From Nanobdellota archaeon (GTDB taxonomy: Archaea > Nanobdellota > Nanobdellia > Pacearchaeales > GW2011-AR1), in NCBI GenBank assembly GCA_038045945.1, contig JBBSXC010000003.1, positions 123,975-187,974 of the forward strand: a stretch of DNA of 64,000 bases, read 5' to 3'. The translations under genes were made by a program, and so were the position numbers. A model generated the notes under the pieces. That model had not been told where the DNA came from. It did no database searches and saw nothing but the letters and a program-made list of their open reading frames with translations. Below are positions 18,478 to 28,471 of the stretch, in pieces. Position 1 is the stretch's first letter. Each line of letters opens with the position of its first letter.

Positions 18478-19491
18478 ATGAATAAAATATCATTTTACGG
18501 ATTTGGAGCGTTCAACAGTGCACTAGCACACTACTTTGACAAAGAAAAAAACTTCTCGATGAGTTGTTACGATAAAGACGAGAAAGTAAAAGAATCAATA
18601 GACAAAGAAAGAAGACACCCACACCACTTCACAAATATGACTTATAGTAAAAAATTATCAGTAACAAATGACCTAAAAGAATTATTATTAGCCGCAGAAT
18701 TCTTAATAATTGGACTACCAACACAAATAATCAGAGAAAACCTAAAACCAATAAAAGACCTCCTAAACAAAGAAACAACAATAATCATAGTATCAAAGGG
18801 ACTCGAAATAGGAACTAACAAAAGAATTAGCGAAATAGTAAAAGAAGAATTAGGACACAGAAAAATAGCCGTTTTTGCTGGAGGAACAGTAGCATCAGAC
18901 ATAGCTAACAGAATACCACTAATAGCAGAAGTAGCAAGCGAGGATAAAGAAACAAGAGAAAAAGTAGCAGGACTATTCCACAGCGAATCATTAAGAATAT
19001 ACACTAACCCAGACGTAGTATCAGTAGAACTATCAAGCGCACTAAAAAACATAGTATCAATAGGAGCAGGAATTTGTGACGGTTTAGGATTCACTATAGG
19101 AACTAAAGCATCATTCATAACACGAGCAACCAGAGACATATACAAAATAGCCAAGGCAATGGGGGCACATGACAAAACATTCCTGCCAGGAAGCGCATCA
19201 GTGTGGGGAGACATAATACTATCGGCATTCGGACCAACAAGAAACTACGAATTCGGAAAAAGACTATGCTCAAAAAACCCAAAAGAGGTATTAGAATTGA
19301 TGAATAAAGAACACAAAACAATTGAAGGATACTGGACAGTTAAAGCAGTAAGAACAATGAGCAAAGAAAAAGGAATAGACACACCATGTATAGAACAAGT
19401 ATACAAAATAGTACACGAAGAAGTAAAACCGTTAGTTGCACTAAAAGAATTATTCGAAAGAAAAAGAACAAGCATAGACTCAAACGATTAA
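18478..19491 (+). CDS. gpsA: NAD(P)H-dependent glycerol-3-phosphate dehydrogenase
   Basis: VSKGLE, AVFAGGTVASDIA, VELSSALKNIVSIGAGICDGLG, GDIILSAFGPTRNYEFG and TIEGY match the GpsA motif order. Confidence 0.8.
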   Translation: MNKISFYGFGAFNSALAHYFDKEKNFSMSCYDKDEKVKESIDKERRHPHHFTNMTYSKKLSVTNDLKELLLAAEFLIIGLPTQIIRENLKPIKDLLNKETTIIIVSKGLEIGTNKRISEIVKEELGHRKIAVFAGGTVASDIANRIPLIAEVASEDKETREKVAGLFHSESLRIYTNPDVVSVELSSALKNIVSIGAGICDGLGFTIGTKASFITRATRDIYKIAKAMGAHDKTFLPGSASVWGDIILSAFGPTRNYEFGKRLCSKNPKEVLELMNKEHKTIEGYWTVKAVRTMSKEKGIDTPCIEQVYKIVHEEVKPLVALKELFERKRTSIDSND

Positions 19492-19497
19492 AAATAA

Positions 19498-20244
19498 TTA
19501 TTTTTTAGAATAATATTTCTCGGCCCTCTTTCTTAATGAAGGCTTACCAATATCTGACCAAAAACCATCATTTTGCTCCCAAACATAAAAATCCTTCCAC
19601 CAATTATGAACAGCGCTACCTAAACCCGCCTCGCCACGCTCACCCATATCTAAGAAGAAAGGAATATTAGAAGAATGGATCATGTGTACATCGAGAATAA
19701 CTCTTTGCGAATCAAGACTAGTCTGCGGAGCAAAAGATTAAGAAGCACCAGTAACCTTGCCAAGATTATCAAAACGACACATACCAAAATTCATACTCCC
19801 TCCTTCATCAGCATCACAAATCTTGCCAATATCTCTAACAGGCAGAAGATTAGCACTACCCTCAGACCTATTAAGATCATAAAACCTTCTCATCATAGGA
19901 ACTAAGGAAAAATCGTAGAGGTTATCATCAGCAGCAACTAAAGCATGATTGCCAGTACCAAACTCCTTCAGAGCAGCACAATAAACAAGCAAGGGGGCCT
20001 GAGAACCACTATACTCCTTAACATCAATAGGTAAACTAAAACTCTTCTTAGCCTCTTCATAAGCAGATTTATGTTCAGGGTTAGTATAAACAAGAACAGG
20101 AGTCGTAACCCCTAACTCTAAAAACCTGTCAAGTTGATGAGCAATAACAGGCCGGTCAGCAAACTTTACAAGTCCACGAATCTCGCCAAGTCTATCATTA
20201 CCTAAAGAATCATTAGATCCAACCGCATTAATGAAAGCTTTCAT
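19498..20244 (-). pseudogene. sugar-phosphate nucleotidyltransferase interrupted by one in-frame TAA (19735-19737)
   Basis: ORFs 19738-20244 and 19498-19683 are in the same frame, separated by TAA plus 18 sense codons. The N-part has the AVGSNDSLGNDRLG / VAADDN motifs and the C-part has GFWSDIGKP (W-x-D-x-G). Combined length is 249 codons, typical of the family. Confidence 0.6.
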
Positions 20245-20298
20245 ATAACTGGAAAGTTGTACATTAGCTTTATAAATTCTATTGGGGGTAATAAGATT

Positions 20299-23124
20299 AT
20301 GAACATATCTAACAGTCAAACAGAGAAAGAAATACTTGCTTTTTGGGAAGAAAAAAGAATATTCCAAAAATTAAGAGAGAAAAACAAAGGAAAGAAGAAG
20401 TGGTCATTCATAGATGGACCAATAACAGCAAACAACCCAATGGGAGTACACCACGCATGGGGAAGAACATACAAAGACTTATATCAAAGGTTCAAAGCAA
20501 TGCAAGGATACGACCAAAGATACCAAAACGGATTTGACTGCCAAGGATTATGGATAGAAAGAGAAGAAGAAAAAGAAAGAGGACTAAAAAACAAGTCAGA
20601 CATAGAAAAGTTCGGAATACTAAACTTTGTAAACGCATGCAAAGCAAGAGTAGAAAAATTCTCAAAAGTACAAAGAGACCAATCAATAAGACTAGGTCAA
20701 TGGATGGACTGGGACAACTCTTATTACACAATGACAGACAATAACAACTTACACAACTGGCACCTAATAAAAAAATATCATAATAATGGATGGTTATACA
20801 AAGGAAAAGACTCAGTACCATGGTGCCCAAGATGCGGAACAGCAAGCTCAAAACACGACATAGCAACAGAAGGATACAAAGAAGTAACACACACGAGCCT
20901 ATACATGAAATTTCCAGTAAAAGGAGAAGAAAACACATATTTTTTAATATTCACAACAACACCATGGACCGTACCAGTAAACGTAGCCATAGCATTAAAC
21001 AAAGAATTAGAATATGTTAAAGTAGAAAATGAGGGATCAAAATATTGGATAGCTGAAAGCAGATTATCAGAACTTAAAGGAGAATACAAAATAATTGAGA
21101 AAAAGAAAGGATCAGAACTAAAGGGAAAAGAGTACTTGATGCCATACGCAAATTTAGAAATACAAAAAACATCACCACACAAAGTGTTATTATGGGAATT
21201 AGCAAGCGGAGAAGAAGGAACAGGAATAGTACACATAGCACCAGGGTGCGGATCAGAAGACTTTGACCTAGGAAAAAGAGAAAAATTGACACCAATATCC
21301 CCACTAAACGAAGATGGAACATACACTAACGGATTTGAAGAATTCAGCACAAAAAAATATTATGAAGTGAACAAAATGGTATTAGGAGACTTAGAAGAAA
21401 GAAAATTCATTTACAAAAAACAACAAATAAAACACAGATACCCACATTGTTGGAGATGCGGAGAAGAATTAGTTTTCAGACTAGTTGACGAATGGTACGT
21501 AAGCTGCAAAGAAATAAGAAAAAAACTAATAACAGCAAACAAAAAAATAAAGTGGTACCCAGAATACGGGAAGGTCAGACAAGAAACATGGTTTGAAAAC
21601 ATGGGAGACTGGTTAATATCAAGAAAAAGGTATTGGGGATTACCATTACCAATATGGGAATGCGAATGCGGACACACAGAAGTAGTAGGAAGCTTAGAAG
21701 AACTAAAAGAAAAAGCAATAAACAAGAAAAAAGTCGATGAACTACCAGAAATCCATAGGCCATGGATTGATGAAATAAAAATAAAATGCGAAAAGTGCGG
21801 AAAAGAATCAGAAAGAATAAAAGATGTTGGAGACGCATGGCTTGACGCAGGAATAGTAATGTTCTCAACACTCAACTACCTAAAAGACAAAAAATATTGG
21901 GGAGAATGGTACCCTGCAGATTTCATAACAGAAAACATGCCAGGACAACAAAGAGGATGGTTCAACGCAATAATGTGGGCAGGAATAACACTATCAGAAA
22001 AAGCACCATTCAAAACAATACTAGGATACGAATCTTTAAGAGATGAGAAAGGAGAGGAAATGCACAAAAGCAAAGGAAACGCAATATGGTTTGACGACGC
22101 AGCAGAAAAAATCGGAGCAGACCCAATGAGAATGCTATACATGCTACAAGACCCAGGACAAGAACTAAAATTCGGTTATGGAGCACTAAAAGAACCACAA
22201 AACAACCTAAACATATTATACAACTTAGGAAAACTAGTCGAGAATTCACCAAAAGGAGAATTAAGAATCGAAGACAAATGGATAATGAGCAAGTTTAGCA
22301 CTCTAACAGAAAAAGTTACAGAAGAATTAGAAAACTTACACCCACACCTAGCAATGAGAGCCCTACAAAACTTTTGGCTAAACGACTTATCAAGAGGATA
22401 CATACAGATGATAAGAGAAAGACTATCAGAAAACGACCTAGCAGCAAAAACAGTAATTAAAGAAATATATTTAGGATTACTAAAATTATTATCACCAATA
22501 ATACCATTCACAACAGAGAGAGTATGGCAGGAACTAAGAGAAAGAAAAACAGTTAGCGAAGAAAGCGTCCACTTGTGCGATTGGCCTAAATCAAACCCTA
22601 AACTAGTGGACATAGGACTAGAAGGAAGATTCGAAAACATAATGACAATAATAGAAGCAGGAATGAGAGAACGTGACAGAGCACAAATAGGACTAAAATG
22701 GCCACTAAAAACACTAGACATAACGGCAAAATTCAACATCGATGAAGAAATGATAGAAGTAATAAAAAGACAACTAAACGTAAAAGAAGTAGTAGCAGAA
22801 AAAGAAAAAAATTCAGAAGAATTATCATTACAATTCGACACGAAAATGACACCAATACTAGAAGCAGAAGGGTTTGCACGCGAAATTTCTCGCGGAGTGC
22901 AAGCAGAAAGAAAGAAAACAGGACTAGTAAAAACAGACATAATAAACCTAGAAGTAGTAGTGCCAGAAAAATTAGCAAAAAATATTGTTAAGTTCGAAAA
23001 ATCAATAAAAGAAAGAACAAACGCTAAAGAAATAGAGATATCCGACGAGAAAAGCATAAAAAAAGAGTATGTAGAAATAAAAATAAAAAATAATTCTTTC
23101 TACCTCTACATAAAAAAGATTTAA
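20299..23124 (+). CDS. ileS: isoleucyl-tRNA synthetase
   Basis: Class I signature PMGVHHAWGRT (HIGH-like), EMHKSKGN (KMSKS), and Zn-type CPRCG / CWRCG motifs. Start set to the ATG at 20299, 54 nt from the divergent gene. Confidence 0.95.
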   Translation: MNISNSQTEKEILAFWEEKRIFQKLREKNKGKKKWSFIDGPITANNPMGVHHAWGRTYKDLYQRFKAMQGYDQRYQNGFDCQGLWIEREEEKERGLKNKSDIEKFGILNFVNACKARVEKFSKVQRDQSIRLGQWMDWDNSYYTMTDNNNLHNWHLIKKYHNNGWLYKGKDSVPWCPRCGTASSKHDIATEGYKEVTHTSLYMKFPVKGEENTYFLIFTTTPWTVPVNVAIALNKELEYVKVENEGSKYWIAESRLSELKGEYKIIEKKKGSELKGKEYLMPYANLEIQKTSPHKVLLWELASGEEGTGIVHIAPGCGSEDFDLGKREKLTPISPLNEDGTYTNGFEEFSTKKYYEVNKMVLGDLEERKFIYKKQQIKHRYPHCWRCGEELVFRLVDEWYVSCKEIRKKLITANKKIKWYPEYGKVRQETWFENMGDWLISRKRYWGLPLPIWECECGHTEVVGSLEELKEKAINKKKVDELPEIHRPWIDEIKIKCEKCGKESERIKDVGDAWLDAGIVMFSTLNYLKDKKYWGEWYPADFITENMPGQQRGWFNAIMWAGITLSEKAPFKTILGYESLRDEKGEEMHKSKGNAIWFDDAAEKIGADPMRMLYMLQDPGQELKFGYGALKEPQNNLNILYNLGKLVENSPKGELRIEDKWIMSKFSTLTEKVTEELENLHPHLAMRALQNFWLNDLSRGYIQMIRERLSENDLAAKTVIKEIYLGLLKLLSPIIPFTTERVWQELRERKTVSEESVHLCDWPKSNPKLVDIGLEGRFENIMTIIEAGMRERDRAQIGLKWPLKTLDITAKFNIDEEMIEVIKRQLNVKEVVAEKEKNSEELSLQFDTKMTPILEAEGFAREISRGVQAERKKTGLVKTDIINLEVVVPEKLAKNIVKFEKSIKERTNAKEIEISDEKSIKKEYVEIKIKNNSFYLYIKKI

Positions 23125-23192
23125 CAAAAAATTAGTCTTTATATAATAATAACAAGAAAAAGGTTTATATACTACTACTACAATCCTAATAC

Positions 23193-24017
23193 ATGATTGT
23201 TAAAGAGGAGTTCTTGAGTAGACTAAGAAAAATATTCGATCTAAACTTATACGAAGTAAGAGTTTGGACAGCATTGTTATCAAGAGGAACAAGCACAGCA
23301 GGCGAATTAAGCAACATCAGCGACGTGCCAAGAAGCAGAACATACGATATTCTAGAATCATTAGAAAAGAGAGGGTTCATAATAATGAAATTAGGCAAAC
23401 CAATAAAGTTTGTAGCACTAAAACCAGGAGAAGTTATTGAAAGAGCAAAAAAGAACCTAGTATTTGACGCACAAGAAAAAAGCAAGAGGCTAGAAAAACT
23501 AAAAGACGACAGCGTTCTAGATGAACTTAACTCATTATTCACAGAAGGAGTAAAATTTGTAGAACCAAGCGACTTATCAGGAAGTTTACGTGGAAGACAA
23601 AACATGTACAACCACTTAGACATGATGATTAGAGAAGCAGGAAAAACAGTAACGATAGTAACAACGGCTGAAGGACTAAACAGAAAAATGGAAGCATTAA
23701 TGCCATCACTGATGAAAGCTAAGAAAAGAGGAGTAATAATAAGAATAGCAGCAGAAATAAACTCCAGCAACATGAAAATAGCTAAAGAAATGGAAAAAGT
23801 AGCAGATATTAGAGACGTTGAAGGATTCAAAGGAAGATTCGCAATAATTGATGGTGAACAATTAATGTTCATGCTACTAGACGACGCACAAGTACACCCT
23901 AGCTACGACGTAGGAGTATGGATAAGCACACCATTCTTTGCTCAAGCAATGGAAAAAATGTTTGAGTTAGCATGGAGTAATTTCACACCACTAAGTAAAG
24001 TAAGAATCAAGAAGTAA
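23193..24017 (+). CDS. trmB: TrmB-family transcriptional regulator
   Basis: N-terminal wHTH LYEVRVWTALLSRGTSTAGELSNISDVPRSRTYDILESLEKRGFI plus a TrmB-type C-terminal domain. TATA-like GGTTTATATAC lies about 25 nt upstream. Confidence 0.8.
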   Translation: MIVKEEFLSRLRKIFDLNLYEVRVWTALLSRGTSTAGELSNISDVPRSRTYDILESLEKRGFIIMKLGKPIKFVALKPGEVIERAKKNLVFDAQEKSKRLEKLKDDSVLDELNSLFTEGVKFVEPSDLSGSLRGRQNMYNHLDMMIREAGKTVTIVTTAEGLNRKMEALMPSLMKAKKRGVIIRIAAEINSSNMKIAKEMEKVADIRDVEGFKGRFAIIDGEQLMFMLLDDAQVHPSYDVGVWISTPFFAQAMEKMFELAWSNFTPLSKVRIKK

Positions 24018-24052
24018 AGAACTAATTCTTTTAAGAACACAACTAGACAACT

Positions 24053-24526
24053 ATGAAAATTGATCATAAATACTTAAATGGAGAGATAGAATGGTTAGCA
24101 AGAAACCACGGACAAAAAAGATCAAGAACTGTTGAGGGAACAAAAATTTATACTTACGAAGTAAAAATTGGGGGAAGAATAGCATTATACTTACAAGAAG
24201 AAGACGGAAAAGTAACAGAAAGAAGAGCAGAAACAATAATAGGCTGTAACAGAAAAACATTTTATCGATCAGGAGTAAGAATACCAGGAAGTAAAACTTA
24301 TGAAGCAATAAAACCACAAGACGAAGAAAAAATCTATTTATTAGAAGAAAAACTTAGTCAAAGATGGTTAGAATTCCCAGACTGGAAAATTTACAGAGAA
24401 TACAACTACGAACCAATTAATGAACTAATGAAAGAAACAAGAATATACAAAAGAAAAATCGATAAAAGCAAGCTAATCAGAGGAAAACAACTACTATTAC
24501 CATTCAAGAAAAGAACAACTGCATAA
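24053..24526 (+). CDS. hypothetical protein
   Basis: 157-aa ORF. No motif recognised. Confidence 0.5.
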   Translation: MKIDHKYLNGEIEWLARNHGQKRSRTVEGTKIYTYEVKIGGRIALYLQEEDGKVTERRAETIIGCNRKTFYRSGVRIPGSKTYEAIKPQDEEKIYLLEEKLSQRWLEFPDWKIYREYNYEPINELMKETRIYKRKIDKSKLIRGKQLLLPFKKRTTA

Positions 24527-24592
24527 TAAGATGCTTAAGATATAGCATTATCTTGACATAAAGGATTTAAAGCCAAAGTTTCATGAGTAATA

Positions 24593-25135
24593 ATGGACTT
24601 ATTAAGAACAGACAGAGCAGAAGAATTAGTGTTAAGCTTAGAACGACAACACGAAATAAAATTACACCCTGGAAGAAGAGAGGAATTAGTTGAGAGGTTA
24701 GCAACAATGCCGGGAATACCAGGAACAGATTTTGATCAAACCTTTGACTTTGGAAAAATTTATGCTTCTTCAGTTAATGAATCACCAATAACTTATCGTG
24801 TTTACCCAACAGTTTTATTAACAAATTACGCAGCCACAAACAAAAAAGCACCAACTAAAGGCGAAATGTACGGCGCAGCTCATGATGAAGTTTTTAGAAA
24901 AGGACTAAGAGGATTATGGAAAAGCACAGCAAACTTTGTCAACTCAGCCTTAATGGACAGACAACTATTAGCCATCATGGAGAGCGTAGGAAGAGAACAC
25001 CCATATTCATTACTTGGAAGAATAACAATAATTAATGGTGGAAAGTTAAGAGTACCATTTATAGCAGTACCAGGAATAACTCACCATATGGACCTAGATA
25101 TGATAAGAAAGTTTGGAAAACCAACAGGATACTAA
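24593..25135 (+). CDS. hypothetical protein (C-terminal motif shared with 25220-25834)
   Basis: 180 aa. YSLLGRITIINGGKLRVPFIAVPGI parallels YSLLGLAK...RPILAIPGI in the next ORF. Confidence 0.55.
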   Translation: MDLLRTDRAEELVLSLERQHEIKLHPGRREELVERLATMPGIPGTDFDQTFDFGKIYASSVNESPITYRVYPTVLLTNYAATNKKAPTKGEMYGAAHDEVFRKGLRGLWKSTANFVNSALMDRQLLAIMESVGREHPYSLLGRITIINGGKLRVPFIAVPGITHHMDLDMIRKFGKPTGY

Positions 25136-25219
25136 TACCCATTAACCTCTAAAGACCAAATATTCTGCCCTTTTAACCCTTTAGTAACTTTTTTAAGCTC
25201 CTTTTTCTTAAAGTTAATA

Positions 25220-25834
25220 ATGGTTTATGAAACAAGAAGGGATTTCGAAAAATCCTTATTAAACGTTGGAAGAATCCAAGCAGGAACACTAGTCGGAACA
25301 TTACAACAGAGAATAGGACTAATAGTACCGGATGAGGAACTAGTAACAAACTTATCCATAGAAAGCACCCCTAAAGGAGAACAATTCTCAAAAAATCTCG
25401 GTTACAATGACAGCACCATAATAATCCCTAACAGTGAAAACTATGTTATTTTATCATTAGGATCATTACTAAACAATGAAAAACAGGCTCACGAACAACC
25501 AAGCCTCTTAGAAATAGCACTAAACAGAGCCATAACCCTAAGAACAGGAATAAACCTTGACAGACTAGTAGAAAAATTAAGAGAAGAAAGAGAAATATTA
25601 GAATTAATGAATAAAGATGCCCAAACAGCTTATTCTTTATTAGGACTAGCAAAAACTATGGAAGTTGAAAGAAACGGAGCAGCTTATTCAGCAACAAGAC
25701 CAATACTGGCAATCCCAGGAATAGGAAGTAATGAAAGAGTATCTGATTGGGAAAGAAAAAATACTGTTTATAGAAGAGAAGGAAGCTTTAGTTCAACAAT
25801 AATAAGTGAAGAAGAATACAAAAAAGCAGCTTAA
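25220..25834 (+). CDS. hypothetical protein (C-terminal motif shared with 24593-25135)
   Basis: 204 aa. See the previous entry. Confidence 0.55.
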   Translation: MVYETRRDFEKSLLNVGRIQAGTLVGTLQQRIGLIVPDEELVTNLSIESTPKGEQFSKNLGYNDSTIIIPNSENYVILSLGSLLNNEKQAHEQPSLLEIALNRAITLRTGINLDRLVEKLREEREILELMNKDAQTAYSLLGLAKTMEVERNGAAYSATRPILAIPGIGSNERVSDWERKNTVYRREGSFSSTIISEEEYKKAA

Positions 25835-25847
25835 AAATTCTTTATTA

Positions 25848-27551
25848 TCACATTTCACTAATTGCTTCTATACCTAAAAGCCATAAAGCATTATTCATAA
25901 CTGTTCTAAACGACTGAACAAGTGCTAAACGAAAGTCTTCTTTATCACCACTGCCAATAACTGGGCATTCTTGATAAAAATCATTAAAAGCTTTAGCCAA
26001 ATCATAATTATAAGAAGCAATAACGCTAGAATCTAACCTTTTTGATGCTTCTGTAACGACACTTGAGAATTCTCCAAGTTTCTTAACAAGCTCATACTCC
26101 TTCTTCTCAACACTAACAACTTTGTACTTACCAACCTTTTTCTTAGACTTCTTCAAAATACTACAAGCACGAGCATAAGAATACTGTAAGTAAGGACCAG
26201 TATTACCTTCAAAAGATATTGACTCTTTAGGATTATAAGTCATGTCTCTCTCAACACCAACTTTTAGTAAATGATACTTAATAGCAGACATGGCAATACT
26301 TAAACTTCTACTATCAATTTCTTTATCCTTTAGTTCTGCATAACGACTCTTAATCTCCCCCTTAACAAGTGTCCTTACTTCGTTAATGAAATCATCAGCA
26401 TCAACAACTGTCCCTTCACGAGACTTCATACGACCTTCTGGAAGATAGACCATCCCGTATGATAAGTGGTTTATTGGAGACTTAATTCCAAGAATTTTAC
26501 AAACTTGTGCTAATACTTTGAAATGATGGTTTTGTTCGCTAGCAACAACTATGAGCGACCTATTCGGCTTGAATTCGTCATACTTCATCTTAGCTAGAGC
26601 AATATCTTGAGTGATATAGATGGATGTTCCATCTCCTCTGAGTAAAACCTTTTTACCCAAACCTTCTTTTTCTAAATCAACAATTATTCCACCATTATCA
26701 TCTTTAGTGAATTTGCCTTCATTAAAACCTTTAACAACTAAATCCTTACCATCGTCATAAATCTTGCTTTCAAAATAGTTTTTATCATGCTTAACGTTAA
26801 ACAACTTGTATGTTTCTTTAAATCCATCTAGCGCCCACTTATTCATTTGCTTCCATAATACTATAACTTTTTTGTCTTTTGACTCCCATTTTTGAAGAAT
26901 CACTTGAGCTTCTTCTTCTAACTTGGGATCATCTTTTGCCTTTTGAGAAAACAAAACATAATACTTTCCAACAAAATGGTCTGATTTCATATTAGACTTC
27001 TGTGGCGTATCTCCTTCCCCCCATCTTTCATAAGCTAACATTGATTTGCAAATATGAACTCCGCGATCATTGTTAAGATTAACCCTAACAACTTTTTTAC
27101 CATTAAACTCTAGAATTCTTGAAACGCTCTCACCTATCGACATATTCCTCATGTGACCCAAGTGTAAGGGTTTATTAGTATTAGGTGAAGGGAACTCAAT
27201 AAGAACCTTCTCCTTTTCATTAGACTTACCATAATTGGACTTTTGCTTTAAAACTTCCTTCAAAACTTCCGCAGTTATTGCTTTCTTATTCATAAAAAAG
27301 TTTACGTAAGGACCGCTCGCTCTTATTTCTTCAAAATGCTTAAGCGTAGAAAAATCAGCAGAAATCTTAGTAGTTAACAAAACAGCAATATCAACAGGAC
27401 TTTTCTTTAAAGATTTAGATAAAACAAAACAAGGAAAAGCAAAATCACCAAGATCACTACTAGGTGGAGCAGTCAACAATTTTGACACTTCATCAAGGGA
27501 CAAACCAGTATTTTTTGATAATGCATCAACAATCAACCCTTTAGCATCCAT
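25848..27551 (-). CDS. argS: arginyl-tRNA synthetase
   Basis: PLHLGHMRN (HIGH-like), a family-typical N-terminal Arg_tRNA_synt_N-like region, and a C-terminal DALR-type end ...GIEAISEM. Start set to the ATG at 27551 (MDAKGLIV). Confidence 0.9.
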   Translation of the reverse strand: MDAKGLIVDALSKNTGLSLDEVSKLLTAPPSSDLGDFAFPCFVLSKSLKKSPVDIAVLLTTKISADFSTLKHFEEIRASGPYVNFFMNKKAITAEVLKEVLKQKSNYGKSNEKEKVLIEFPSPNTNKPLHLGHMRNMSIGESVSRILEFNGKKVVRVNLNNDRGVHICKSMLAYERWGEGDTPQKSNMKSDHFVGKYYVLFSQKAKDDPKLEEEAQVILQKWESKDKKVIVLWKQMNKWALDGFKETYKLFNVKHDKNYFESKIYDDGKDLVVKGFNEGKFTKDDNGGIIVDLEKEGLGKKVLLRGDGTSIYITQDIALAKMKYDEFKPNRSLIVVASEQNHHFKVLAQVCKILGIKSPINHLSYGMVYLPEGRMKSREGTVVDADDFINEVRTLVKGEIKSRYAELKDKEIDSRSLSIAMSAIKYHLLKVGVERDMTYNPKESISFEGNTGPYLQYSYARACSILKKSKKKVGKYKVVSVEKKEYELVKKLGEFSSVVTEASKRLDSSVIASYNYDLAKAFNDFYQECPVIGSGDKEDFRLALVQSFRTVMNNALWLLGIEAISEM

Positions 27552-27599
27552 AAAAAAGCTAACATAACAAGAGCTTATAAAGATTATGTGCAAGAAAAA

Positions 27600-27962
27600 T
27601 TATTCATCAGCCGCAATATACAAATCACCATCAATGTAAGGACTTAACCTTTGACCGTCAAGATCACAAGAACTAACAACAATAAAATAATTATTATCAT
27701 TAAGGTATCTTTGACAAGCATCCCTAAAGTTTTCTTCAACACCCTTATCACGATAAGCAATAGAAGGTTTAGAAGAATCAGGGATAACAACCTTAACCAC
27801 TAATGATTCACTAGAAGAACATTCTTCAACATTAATTCTACCAGCAAGAATTAAACGACCAGGCAATTCACTAAATGGTTTAACTCTAGAAAAACTAAGC
27901 CTATCAGCAAAAGATAAACCCAGAATTTTACGACCACCATCATTACGTGTACTAACCTCCAT
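27600..27962 (-). CDS. hypothetical protein
   Basis: 120-aa ORF 2 nt downstream of 27965-28381 and 48 nt upstream of argS. No motif recognised. Confidence 0.45.
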   Translation of the reverse strand: MEVSTRNDGGRKILGLSFADRLSFSRVKPFSELPGRLILAGRINVEECSSSESLVVKVVIPDSSKPSIAYRDKGVEENFRDACQRYLNDNNYFIVVSSCDLDGQRLSPYIDGDLYIAADE

Positions 27963-27964
27963 AA

Positions 27965-28381
27965 CTACCCTTTCCTCTTATTTGACTCCTTAACCTTCTT
28001 CCCAACCTTTTCCTGAGGCTCTGCAGCAGGCTTTCTTTCGTAAAGAGTCCCAATAATCCTAGGAACAGTTAAACCATCCCTAACTTGACTATAATGACTA
28101 ACACCAACAAGATAACGACCACTAGTAAACAAGTAAGAATCAACCTTATTAGGAAAAGGGTAAGCAGTTTGTCCATCAGAAGTAAACAACTCTTGAGGGT
28201 TTTCGTCAATACGAACAGTAAGCTTATTCATGTTAAAAGCATCCTCATAAATTTCTGCAGCACCAACACAAAAAACTTCATCATGACTCAAACCTAATTG
28301 TTCAAGACCACCAGTAGCAAACAAACGAGAACCATGATAATTAACCTTCAGAACTGCTAAACCATCACGACTAGTAGTCAT
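27965..28381 (-). CDS. hypothetical protein
   Basis: 138-aa ORF with a basic C-terminal tail (KVGKKVKESNKRKG). Confidence 0.45.
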   Translation of the reverse strand: MTTSRDGLAVLKVNYHGSRLFATGGLEQLGLSHDEVFCVGAAEIYEDAFNMNKLTVRIDENPQELFTSDGQTAYPFPNKVDSYLFTSGRYLVGVSHYSQVRDGLTVPRIIGTLYERKPAAEPQEKVGKKVKESNKRKG

Positions 28382-28471
28382 TAATAAGCTATTAAGAAAC
28401 CCTTTATAACCATTTATTTAATGAAAGAGATACTTCATAAGATTCTTAAATGATGAATAATTCCCATTATT

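Noticed and set aside
19735-19737. Recoding (selenocysteine or pyrrolysine) of the in-frame stop in the nucleotidyltransferase.
   Set aside because: The codon is TAA, not TGA or TAG, and TAA is the commonest genuine stop in this window.
22176-23872. Long antisense ORFs opposite ileS and trmB (22176-23057 and 23186-23872). Similar ones lie opposite SNF2 (391-969), nusA (17262-17705), gpsA (18642-19214) and copA (several).
   Set aside because: All are S/F/L/I-rich low complexity and lie antisense to genes with clear family motifs. Strand skew depletes stop codons on both strands.
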